64,000 bases of DNA from Octopus vulgaris. Taxonomy: Eukaryota. The stretch lies in assembly GCA_951406725.2 (NCBI GenBank), contig OX597815.1:96162001-96226000 (forward strand), given 5' to 3'. Shown here in pieces: positions 25,986 through 41,229 of this stretch. The position numbers and the translations under genes are program-made. Within the stretch, counting starts at the first letter, position 1. Every line of letters starts with the position of its first letter. Below the pieces are notes generated by a model. That model saw nothing but the letters and a program-made list of their open reading frames with translations. It searched no databases and had not been told where the DNA came from.

Positions 25986-26584
25986 GAATGCGGTAGTGCC
26001 TTGATAGCAGTTGGATATTAAATGGTCAAGTGCTCTGACCGTGATGTGTTTTGGATGGTAGTAGTGATTTAATTCTTGAGACATCTCGTTTGAATGTATT
26101 GTTTATAAAATTTGCGCAAGTGTTATTCAAAGCAGCAATAGTGGTAAAGTTAGGAAAGAGGTGGCGAAGAGGAAGAAGACGAAGAAGAAGAAGGAGAAAG
26201 AGAAGTGAGAATAAGAAGGAAATGCAGCTTGTATGATAGTAGTAGGATGTTAATTGGTCAAGTGACATAAAAGTGGTTCGTTATTGATTCTTGTAGTGAT
26301 TGGGACTGTTTTTTAATGAATTCTTGGGAATCTCTTGAGTGTATCGTTTTAAAAATATATTGCTCTTGACATTGCATAGGCCAAACAAAAAACAGTCTAC
26401 GTAAAAGGATGGCTCTGCACACATCCCAGATCAAATTTCCCCAAAACAGAAAAATTGCATTCAGCCAATACATCGATATTTGCGCCAATAAGAAAATTCC
26501 AAGCTTCAGAATTTACCCCTCTACCAATTCAGGGACGATACAACCTGCAGCCAACGATTCTTTTTATTACAAAATACAGACACC

Positions 26585-26865
26585 TTTTGAAGCCACTTCT
26601 TCACTATATTTTCACTTCATCGTCACTGGAATAATGTTTGTCTCTCAAACCCTCTTTCATGGCGCCGAAGAGATGATAGTCCAGTGACAATGATAGTCCA
26701 GTCACGAGGAAGTGAGAACTGTGGTGATGAAGTGGCTTAAAGAACATTCAACAGAATTTTACGGGGCAGGGATGCATGGTTTCCTTCGAAGGTAGAATAT
26801 TGCTGTTGAGAGAAAAGGGGAGTATGTTGAGAAGTAGGGATGTGATTAACAGAGGACCAGCTTCA
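26585..26865. mobile_element. Two opposed mariner transposase C-terminal fragments
   Basis: Minus strand 26585-26688: LDYHLFGAMKEGLRDKHYSSDDEVK. Plus strand 26695-26837: SHEEVRTVVMKWLKEHSTEFYGAG..KGEYVEK*. Confidence 0.75.
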
Positions 26866-28902
26866 GGAATCCGCATCTTCTTAATGTCCATTGAGAATGG
26901 TTACAACCAAATGAATTTCACCTGCTCTACTTGAACCTATTTCAGGAAAATGTCTACACTACAGTCTCTTTATCGGTTCTACTCCTAAAATTAAATAATA
27001 CCATCGAAGAAATCTATCTATTATATCAGTTGAATACTTTTTTTGTAAATCTACTACAAACTTTTGCTTGATTAAAATACTTCTGTATAATTTTCTAATA
27101 ATGTTTGCTGAGTGGCAAGTAGTAGTAATGCACACTTCTTTCACAGACTGGGATACTTAGCCTTGATGTGCCAACTGGTAGGGAAAATTGACAACTTAAA
27201 TATATTATTTCCCTACTTGTGTTATTACCATCATGCACCTTTGCCAGCGAAAGCTGGTTTCTTCTGACCTTTTGCGCGGTTACTATTGATTGATACAGTA
27301 GAATTCTTTTGAAACCAAACTATATTAAAATAAGAATGTTTTGAAAAGACAATGTTGCTGAAATATCACGTCGACTCTTCAGATATGTACATATACAATG
27401 TGTATACATATTGTACGTACATTTAAAGTAAAAGAATACATTTTTCCTTGATCAATATCGAAGAACAGCAGTGTTGAATAGCGTGAATACAAATGTAGAT
27501 AGTAATTTTGTGCATAAGGAAGCATAAGATAACATATATCGGTAGGGTTTGGCTGTTTATTTTGTAAAGTTTAAAATATATTTTTAGATCATCTGTTCCG
27601 AGATAATGACTAATTGTATTTTATAGATATGTTGCCAATAATATTGCAGACAGTCTTCAGTATATTAAATAATTTTCGATTCTAAAATCTATCCATATCT
27701 CTGTAAATATAGATGTGTGCACTATATAGAAATCGTTATATAGACCTTGGGACTTAGGTATAGAAACAAAAAGAAAAGTAGAATGTTCAATAATTTATGC
27801 TATTCTCTACTTACAGCCATAACTAAGACTCTGAATTTAGGCCTAATAATCTTGCAGTCTTTTACTGATCCACTTGGCTGATCTGCGCCTCTATATGAGA
27901 GGCTTTACATTTAATTCCCTTACGCTAACCGAATAAAGTTGTCTCGTAGTTATTCACCCTGTTATGCCTACAACTTTATAGCCTGGGTGGATAGAATTGA
28001 AATTATATTCTGCATATTCTCTGTTTATTGTATGGTTTATTTGTCTTGTGTTTATTTTGTGGGTTTTTTGTGTCCTTATACCGAACAGGGATTGTGACGG
28101 TTGCACTTGGAGAGTTGTGCAGGTTGTGCTAGACAATTAGGCGCCATGTATGTACAATGTGCATTGTTTTATTGGTCCACGTATAGGTTCTACTATATTA
28201 TCAAACATAACACATTTAAGAACACATATTACTTTATTGGCTTGTGGCATTAGAAAATATATACTACTTGACTTGTTTTAAATGTTGGGGATATTTTTCT
28301 GCAGAATGTTTAATGAATTTAGTTATTTTATTGACAATTCATTAGGTTGGGTATGTTCCAAAGTTTGTAATATATCACCTGTCATATAAAATTTACAGTG
28401 TCTTGATTAGAAAGCGATATCTAAAATATTCATTTGCTTTATTCCAGTATGTCTTTTATGTGCGTTTCGCTTCTCTATTGTATATAGCTAGCCAATTAAT
28501 ATTGGTTTTCATATAACATATATATTTAAGTTCATCTGTAATTTAAGTTACCTATTTACCTCAACCTAACTTAGGTTAGAACAGAGAGAAATATAAATAA
28601 GGTTACATAAATTTCTTCTCTGAAATATTTTCTCCAGACCCATTGCGACTTTTAGTATATGCAATCTTTTCTTCTATAATTTTTCCCACCCAGTGTATTT
28701 GAATTGTTTTCTGCATTTGATATTAGAATTTGGAAAATTTCCTTAGATTGCTTCTAAAGTGGTTATAACATATATAAATGCGTTCTATATGATGATATTA
28801 TTGCCAGCCTTCACATTTATTATGTCTATAATGGCCAGGAGGGAATTAATTATAGTTGCTGAATTCACCGAGAATTTCCCCCTAAGCATGGTAAGTCAAT
28901 TA

Positions 28903-29060
28903 TATTGACCCCAGTGTTCAGCAAGAACTTATTTTATCGATCCCAAAAGGATGAAAATCAAAGTCGACTTCGGCGTAATTTAAACTCAGTAGGTAAAAAC
29001 AAAGGATATGATGTTAAACATCTCACCCGGTGTACTAAAGATTCTGATCGTTCGCCGCAT
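28903..29060 (-). mobile_element. SINE family 1, degenerate
   Basis: gaccccagtg..aaaggatgaaa..aaagtcgacttcggcg..aactcag matches the 13873 copy. Confidence 0.7.
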
Positions 29061-29076
29061 TTCATATAGTTTATCG

Positions 29077-29083
29077 TTATTAA

Positions 29084-29174
<91 letters not shown>
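29077..29174. repeat. (ATT)n, 3' tail of family B copy 2
   Basis: Direct reading of the sequence. Confidence 0.95.
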
Positions 29175-32320
<3,146 letters not shown>

Positions 32321-32322
32321 CT

Positions 32323-32495
32323 GAGGCACCGAACTGGCAGAATCGTTAGCACATTGTCCTGTATAATTGAAAGCTTTTCGTCGGTGTTTAAGTTTCAAGT
32401 TCAAAATCTCCACGAGCTCGAATTTTGCCCTTTCATGTTTTCCCTTCCGAGAAAATACGTAGGAGCTGAGGAGTGGAGGCGATGTAATCGACCTC
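32323..32495 (+). mobile_element. SINE family 1, degenerate
   Basis: ggcaccgaactggcagaatcgttagc..agttcaaa..tttgccctttcat..gatgtaatcgac. Confidence 0.7.
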
Positions 32496-33826
32496 TGAAG
32501 TTGCTTGCGTTGAGCTGAAATTGGAAAGTAACACATTTATTATTGCTGCTTTTTTTTTGTTATGTATTTTTGTTTGAACAACTGTTGATCTTCGAAGATC
32601 TTGTTATTGTTTATTTCATTGTTCTTACTTTTTAATGCATATTGAAGCTAATTTACTTAAATTGTATGTAAGTGTCTTGTTGTCACTCTTCGTATTTTTA
32701 TTTACAACCGCAGAGAGTAGTTTCATGCTACTTTATTTTTCTGCCTTTCTTCTGTCGGTCTAGCTGTTAGTCTCTCAATGTAGAAAGAACAAAGTATTAA
32801 CGGTGAAACAAGTACAGTTGTAAATTCCTGTCAGCTGTTCCCTCGAGAGGCCTGAGTGATAATAACTCAGGTTACTAGAACAATCTGAGGCTAGAATTAT
32901 ATTTCTTATATAAATACATGGAAGTTCTTCAATATTTCTTCATATTGATCGCCTTTTTATTATCTGGTTAGTATGGCACGTGTTTGTGCGTACGCATTTT
33001 TACCTGTACAATTAATATATGTTGCACATATACGCCAAGAAACAAGAGAAAAAAGCTCTAATGTGGAAACAAACTCTACAATTATATCGGAAATAAACAC
33101 ATCTTTATATTTTTAGCAAATTAAATTTTTTCCGTCTCACTGAAAAGAAACTTAAAAGTGCTTGAAATTAAACTTTAGATCGGATTTTCACTCAAAATAC
33201 AACACATGCTTATGAAAAATAATAAAAAGAGATTCCCATATGATGATTATGATTAAGCAAAAGAAACTATTTTCTTCTTTGATGCACTTTTTTCTTTTTA
33301 ATTTTAAAAACAAATATTTAATCTACATTATTCAAATATAGTAGACAGAAATTTTGTTGCAGTAATTCCAATCAATATTTTTTCCAAATTTTTCAGTTAT
33401 CGTGAAACAGCATCCATTACTAGCCAATATTCTGTTTTTTTTCTCTTTCTTCATTTTAGTAGTTATTGCTTATGCTGTGGTGACATAACTTTAATTAGCT
33501 TTGTGAAAATTTAGTGAAACACATACCAAAATTTATAATGTATTTTTCTCATAAAACTCTCATTCATATTTTCTAATATGATAAAAACCAAACAAAATTA
33601 ATTTTATTTTATCTCAATTAAATTATAAACAATTTTTTGGTTATTTTAATAATTTTGAAAAATCAATGCCAATACGTATTACAAGGTATCTCTAAATTAG
33701 CATTCCTTCCAATAATATTACATTCCAAATAATTCTAATTCTTAAAATATATGCGCTCCAAAACTGATGTAAATATTCCAGTTAATGTTCTGTATCCCTT
33801 TCAAAATGGAATATTTCATAAAAAAA

Positions 33827-34602
33827 ATATGTAACACTATCTCGAGATGTATAATATGCATCAGGAAAGCGTTTTAAACGACACTTAATCAGTTCAGATT
33901 TTAAAATATACAAATAGTTAAGATGCGTTATAAACGCAAAACATACATTTTGTGTATATAATAACAATTTCAGGTCAGTTAAAATGTTTATAAGTTATTT
34001 CACGTTCTAAATTTCTGAAGGCAAATATAACTATAAATATGAATATATGTATGCATGTTTGTATGTATGTATGTATGTATGTATGTATGTATGTATGTAT
34101 GTATGTATATATATATATGTACGTGTGTATATATGCACATATACACACATACACACGCACACACACACACACACACACATATATAATTAAATAAGGGTAG
34201 AAATTGATATTAATCAATTAAAACCAGTGGCCTAGCATATTTAAAAAATCCGATTAATAATTTTTTTACATACAAAATTTAAAGGATTGACCACTAAAAG
34301 TGGATTTCGGTCGAGCGCACTGTATCTAGTTCTTGAAATTGTGTTTCGTAAACGACAGACTATGCTGATGATCTTGCAGATGTTTATGTATTCATATACG
34401 TAAACTATTAACAAGTGAAACTAATTAGTACATAGGTAATGGTTTTTTTATTTCGTATATTTTCATTTGTCTTGCTTATTTTTACGCTTTGTTTTTTTGC
34501 TGAATTTTTTCTTGAGATCACATTCTCCGTGGATAATGGCGATTTTGATGTCTATATCTAGAATACAGGCTGTCCACTTTTAGTGGTCAATCCTCAAAAT
34601 TT

Positions 34603-34652
<50 letters not shown>

Positions 34653-34880
34653 GATACCCATACATACACACACAAACACACACAAACACCCCACGACATA
34701 TATATATATTTGCCTTTAGAAATTTAGAACTTGAAATAAGTCACAAAATTTTAACTAACCTAAATTGTTATTGTATAGAGAAACGCATCTTAATTATATG
34801 TATATTTTAAAATCTGGACTGATTAAGTGTCGTTTATATGCTTTCCTGGTGTAATGCATGTTATACATCTCATGGTAGAG

Positions 34881-34888
<8 letters not shown>
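33827..34888. repeat. Nested inverted repeats enclosing a hammerhead
   Basis: Outer arms 33827-34029 and 34705-34888 (diverged). Inner 22-bp exact arms 34283-34304 and 34573-34594. Confidence 0.85.
34360..34435 (+). ncRNA. Type I hammerhead ribozyme
   Basis: ctatg-CTGATGA-t-cttg..caag-t-GAAACtaattaGTA-catag. Palindromic stem III ACTAATTAGT. Confidence 0.8.
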
Positions 34889-34923
<35 letters not shown>

Positions 34924-35029
34924 TATATATATACATATATACTTACATATATACACACATGCACACACACATATATATATATATTATGCATATATGTGTG
35001 TGTGTGTGTGAGTGTGTGTGTGTATGTTT

Positions 35030-35218
35030 CTGTGTTTGTCCCCCCAGCATCGATTGACAACCGATGCTGTGTTTACGTCCTAGTAACTTACCGGTTTGAC
35101 CAAAGAGACCGTTAGAATAAGTAGTAGGCTTACAAAGCATAAGTGCTGTGGTCCATTCGCTCAACTAAAGGCGGTGGTCCAGCATGGCCGCAGTCAAATG
35201 ACTGAAGTGTATAAAAGA
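35030..35218 (+). mobile_element. SINE family 2, 3' half
   Basis: Matches 15888-16075. Confidence 0.85.
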
Positions 35219-35222
35219 TTGC

Positions 35223-35310
<88 letters not shown>

Positions 35311-36099
35311 TCTGGGGTACGAAGATAATATTAATCAACACTACACGTGTTTCTGCACTGGTGGCTTGTTTCACTAGGCCATACTTAATATATAAATCCA
35401 CCAGTGTGTCCACACGCTATTTTTTCTTTATATTAGTATTTAGTTGATTATCATTCACGGATCCTACTTAATCATACAAATTCTAAAATATTTTCATCAA
35501 AAATAAAAATATGAATAAGAACATCTATATATATAACTTCTTAACATATTTTTCCAAAATTAAAAAAGTTTTTAAATAAAAATAAATTCTAAAGATCATA
35601 AAAATTGAATAAAACTAAACTCTTAAAGATATAATAATGATATATATATTCAAAGTGCTAATCATGGAGAAACCCTCATCGACTATTTTATAGACACGTT
35701 AAATTAAACCGCCTATCTATATATACTTTACGGGAATTAATAACTTATTGTGAAATTTACCCCTATTATTACTAGTATATATTACCTTTATTATGTCAAA
35801 CGTCAGTTAATATTATTTAAAAAATAAATAATCTCTATATAAGTTATAAATTTATTTGAATAAAACTAGTAAATGAAACTATTTACCACAATTAATACAA
35901 GAAGAATAATTATCTAGAATATGTTACCTATGTTAATATCGGGCCACCTGCCAAATAACAAGCCGATTAGATGTTTCATGTAAATTTATAATCCGATAGG
36001 CTAATCCTGCCACTTCGGGTGTGTCAAATTCGTCGTCGCGTCTTTTTTCGTCCAATATAAAGTCGTCGCGCCAAGCTACGCTTTTACGGTTCGGATAAT

Positions 36100-36692
36100 G
36101 TCTCGGAGAGTGAGTATTTCCTAATGCAGAATCAGATAATTCCAATATCGAAGATGATATTCCTAGGAATCAAAGATATAAGCAAGTAGCAATGAATAGC
36201 CCTGGACAACAGAATGTCGTGTGGCGAGCGAGAGCATGGGTTTACTGGTATGACGGGCATAAAGACAAACCTTGAACGTAGAGATTCGTCATTGGAAATC
36301 TTCTACGAGTTTTTGATGGATGAAACGTTCCAATATATATATTGCGGACTAAACGAATGACTATGCGGGGACGATATCCAGGTATGGCGGTGATTGGTTT
36401 CCAACCACAGAAAACAAAATCAAAGTTCTGCTTGCCTTGTTGATACTGATGGACATCGTGAAGAAACACACCCTGGCGTCATATTCAAATCGAGATCTAG
36501 CCACGTCGACACCTTTCGTGCCTGAAACGATGCCATCTGATCGAAGTTTGGCGTTTCTTAGAAATATACATTTCAACTCTGGCGCGAACCAGCACTGTAT
36601 GCTGCACAAAATACGTCCTATTGTCGACGAAGTAGCTGAAAATTTCAGAATGGTGTATGTCCCTACGCAGGATATTTCTACGGACGAGCGTT
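36100..36692 (+). pseudogene. piggyBac (PGBD4-like) transposase remnant
   Basis: MDIVKKHTLASY..STPF..MPSDRS..LRNIHF..LHKIRPIVD..FRMVYVPTQDISTDE resembles the piggyBac region up to the first catalytic D (SIDES motif). The 5' boundary is approximate. Confidence 0.7.
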
Positions 36693-37200
36693 CCTAGAAA
36701 TCCATGGATGATGTCAGTGAGGAGCATGGTAAGAGATTTCATCAAGACATCGCAACTATGGAAAGAAGATACCAAGGACGATGGGATACTGCTATAATGG
36801 GAGATTATATATGGTCTCAAGTCAGAAGAGATGAAGGTGTACACTCCAGAAAATCTCGATCGACAAAGCACTTCTCATCTTAAGAAAAGAGTTATGAAGG
36901 CATTTACAGTGCAGCTTTATTGTTTCATTTTCTTCTAACTAAAACTAAACTTCCTAAATATCTTTCAATACATGAAAAAGTACTAAATGTTGTGTAATTA
37001 TCCTTACAACACTAAAATAGATTGAACAACAAAGTGCTGTACAGAAAAGTTACAAATATAATGAGCAAATATAAAATTAGGAATAAATAAATAACTATCG
37101 ATGTTACATCTAAACGAGTGTGAGTTCTGAATTTAGTGGCAAAAAAATGCGTATACGAACATCAAAAAACACAAATAAACAAAACATGTGTTACATTGTG
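36693..37200 (+). mobile_element. 3' end of a Chapaev3-like (CMC) DNA transposon
   Basis: 36704-36883 reads MDDVSEEHGKRFHQDIATMERRYQGRWDTAIMGDYIWS, like the SDEHGERFHQDI..RYQGRW..DYCW transposase C-terminus. Ends gttacattGTG at 37200. Superfamily assignment is from memory. Confidence 0.6.
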
Positions 37201-38799
37201 TAATCATTACACTAGAACAGAGAATGCAGATTATTTTGATACTAAATCACGGCTTATTGATGACGAGATATATTGCGAAATATAGTAAACTCGTTTTCCC
37301 TGCTAATACACTTATTTGGATTTTTGCCATACTACTGTTTTTTTCTTCTATCTTACATTTGTAATATCGTTTTTCCTGCACCCCTCTATTTCGTAATTTC
37401 ATTTTTGCATCCAGACCGCATTGCTTATTCAAATTACTGTGGAATGTGCTTTGTCAGAACACTTTCCCATCCCATAGTTAGTCTTGAAAATATAAGATAA
37501 GGAATATAAAATTTACAGTAGTAACTATATTAAAAACACCGAAGTTATAACTGACACAATCTTTTTACATGTATTTGTGCTTTAGAGAAACTAATAATAA
37601 CATGAACGTTGGGTGCAAGCGTGCCTAAGCCAGTTCTCATAGACAGCCATTTCGCGAGGCAATTGGGAAATAGATGCAATTTGTATCGTCATACTTTTCG
37701 TCAGTTCGACGTCAGGCTTATTATACTTACTTAAATGAAATGAAAATAATTTGGCTAATTTAGTTAAATATAATTTCCCAAGAGACCTGAATTTTAGACT
37801 TGTATTGAACACCTCCTCAACTATCAATATAATTTTCCCAGAAAAACAACAATCAGTTACTGTATTGCATTTTGTTATTTCGTAGCTCCATACCTAAAGT
37901 GAAACAAAAGATATATCTATTCTATAAAATAGAAAAAAATGTTAGGTTATTATTATATGTCACCTCTCATTCCAGATATATTGCAGACCTAATTGCAGAT
38001 AATCATGACGTTGCGTTGTTTGGTTCTAGATCTGCTTTCAGACAAGTAGTTTTCAGACAAGTAGAAGTCTTGCAGGGATAATAAACAAGTTAACCTTATA
38101 TGTTAATTTCATGCGCATAAATATATTTCAATGCAATCTTGTGACACGAATGGAAATTAATATTAAATTTTGAAATTTCTTACTTAGTAAATTGAAGTGA
38201 AGTAATAAAGTCACTTAAGATAAATAAAGTTTGGGATATGTTATTAAAGTAACACAGAAGAAAACATAATATCTAAAACAATATAACACTAAAGCTTCTA
38301 AAGATCGTGGAAGTATAATGCAAAAACCTTTATGAAATACTTGTACCAAACAAACAGGTTTCTTTCATTTTTGGTAATAATGTTTTGCTTTTAAAATATC
38401 TTGAGATGAAGAGTAACATATGAAAGTAGAATGTAAGATGAATAATAAGAAAAATAAGGATAAATATTGAAAAACAATTTAATTAAAAACTATATTACAT
38501 ATTCTTTACTACAACTACATTAGGAGCAAGCATACAAATAATATATTGATAAATGTGATATCAAACAGCCGGATTAAACTATATGCTAATTTGTTAAAAA
38601 TAATAGTTTCATGTATAGATTCGTGTTCAAGTTTCACGCAAGAAAATGCAAAACAAATGAGCTATGTGACAACAAATCTCATAAACTTCATCCACAATTG
38701 GTCGATAACAAAGAAATCTTGGAGATGACGATGTTTGAGTGCATATTAGTGGCGTACTAAACAATATACTCAATCTTTCACTTAGAAAATCCGGTAGGT

Positions 38800-40600
38800 T
38801 TCGACTGTAAATAGTGTGGTCTGATGAGGGAAGTGCTTTCCCTCCAGAGTGAATGGTGTCTCATGTGATAAAATATTACACGGAGGCAATGAAGGCGTTC
38901 GCCAACCCTGCCGATCGTTCAGGGACAGTTTTCTCTTGGTAACCCACATAGGCTATCTTGCTCGCGATTTCGTCCCAGATCTCCATACAGAGGTCGAGAA
39001 TGAGCCAGACCTCGAGCAACTTAACTCGTCCGTCCAGTTATCACTCCACGCTGATGTTGGACGAATGGACTTGGCTTCAAAATTCATACACGAGAAACAA
39101 GAGCAAACAACTTTGACGAAGAGGGAGCACTTGATACAGAACGGTCCTGTTAGCTCCCTAGCAGTTGTTGCTGAACATTGCGGCACTCTAACTCCGGAAA
39201 AGGGTACAAAACCATTCACCTAAGTACAGCTACCAAGAATTGGTTATCAACCGTATCGAAAGGATTTGATCTATATCATGGCACCACCTATATCTGGTTA
39301 ATTCCCCACTCTATGATAAATCGGTTCGGGATTTCTTATATATACGCATCACACTTTAGACAATCCTCCATAAGCAACATCTTGTTGATAAAATTTTGCC
39401 GAAAATATTGAACTTTGATAGACCGAACATTATGATCGTTAAACCCTCTAATGTGGGTCGAAAGTCTGTAGCGTTACTGCTCCTCCACTAATGGAAAATA
39501 AAAATCTGCCGTTCTGCTATTAGTAGCGGTTGAAGCTGCCAAGAGGATTCCAAATATATCTGACATATAAAAGTAAAACACGGATAGCCCAGCTGGCGAT
39601 TTCCCCATCATGAAGCGAACCATTGCATTCCGTTATTCCATGAATGCTTTGAGCTTTTCACAACACTCCGTGTCCGTTGTGAGTCGTGCGAGGCACTGAA
39701 GTCTTTGTTGTGTTAGCGCCTATTGTATGTTGCGAACAGTCTACACTGCTACTGAAGAAACCGTATATTCTTCTGTTTGAATAATATTTGTCACTTATGG
39801 CCTGCCTATCATCGAATTGTGGCTTTGTTGCGGAATGTGTCTCTACATTCGAGTCTATCAACTAGCTTTCATCACTTCGTTTATTAGGACATGTATTGTA
39901 CTACGGACAATGCACCGTTTGTTTACTTCGTTGAAAAATCTATTGAGGGCGAAATATGTTGGTTGCATTGCCTTTCTTGAGCGCTTTGTCTATGCATTTA
40001 ACTTGAGCTTCTCTATTCTATTTTCCTCTGTCGCTGCAATCATGTCGATTCTCCAGTACTCGCATGCTATTTTTTTGAGTGAACAAATATTTATTGTAAG
40101 TGAGTTCCCCTGTAAACTCCAGCTACCTAATTGGCTTAGCTGGTCTCTAATCATGGGGCACTATCAGTGAAACTCTTCACCTTTGACTAACTAAATATCT
40201 TCCGGCGAAGCTTGTTTATCAGGACAATGCATATCATGTAATATTGCCATCGAGAACCAGCAATTTAGCTTCAAGATCCCAAAAGAGAGTCACTATCAGG
40301 GGATCAAGAAGACAAAGTAGAAAACAGTTCCGATTTTCAATATCAGTTGACTCGCAGACACATAGATCTCCTAGCAATGTTAGGCATGAAGGCCTTGGGA
40401 TCAGGAAATCAAGTATCACTGATGGCAACTACCTATAAAACTTGACATCTGAGGTCTTTAAGCAAATCTTCCCGATTCCCCTAATTTTAACTGCCTATTC
40501 CATGTAGATCCATGTTCGATGAGAGCTAGGTGAGAAATGCTCACTTACGTAAATCCAGGGGAAGAATTGGAATTTTTCCAACGGTTGAGAGCGTGTGTTT
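38800..40600 (-). mobile_element. Highly decayed LTR-retrotransposon-like coding remnant (BEL/Pao-like)
   Basis: GC-richer block. Minus-strand fragments RVLLLYVRYIWNPLG..LQPLL (compare Pao KRxVLSxxxxIFDPLG) and AVKIRGIG. Boundaries are approximate. Confidence 0.35.
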
Positions 40601-41019
40601 CTACAAGTAGTTTCTTAAAATCGTCTTAATTCCTATCCTTTCAAAAATATCCTAAGCAATACGGGAATTTATTTGTGGTAGCGTTCTGCATACATATCGT
40701 GTTCTGTATGGTTTGAGGAGTTTGTATGATATATATGATTGTTGCTGTTTTATTTGTTGTTATGATGATATCTTCATTCGATGTGTTGTATATGTTTCAT
40801 GAACACACTACTATCTAAATTATTGGCTGTGTAATACGTTGATACATGTGGCTGTCTTTGACTTTGACGTATAATGAGATCTACGTATGTTTGCGATGAT
40901 AGTTGTTACTGTGGAGTGCTCTGAATCATCTTGAAGCATGAACAGTAAACAAGCTTCACCTTAATCTTCTAGATGAAGAGAGCTGACACTTTTCTATCAT
41001 ACTCAGCTACTTTTCTATC

Positions 41020-41020
41020 A

Positions 41021-41079
<59 letters not shown>

Positions 41080-41106
41080 TTACTACTACTACTAATAATA
41101 ATAATG

Positions 41107-41153
<47 letters not shown>

Positions 41154-41220
41154 TTATAATAGTAATAATAATAATAATAATAATAACAACAATAATAATG
41201 ATAATAATAATAACAATAAA
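41020..41220. repeat. (CTA)n grading into (TAA)n
   Basis: Direct reading of the sequence. Confidence 0.95.
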
Positions 41221-41229
41221 AATACAGTT

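Noticed and set aside
27900-28800. Possible Penelope RT/GIY-YIG remnants on the minus strand (also 25990-26400, 57580-58520)
   Set aside because: Only faint motif hints such as NILDI; needs tBLASTn or HMM support.
37250-37290. TTGATGA..GAAAtataGTA
   Set aside because: Stems I and II do not pair; too eroded to call.
38821-38860. CTGATGA followed by a gggaa/ttccc hairpin
   Set aside because: No GAAA after the stem.
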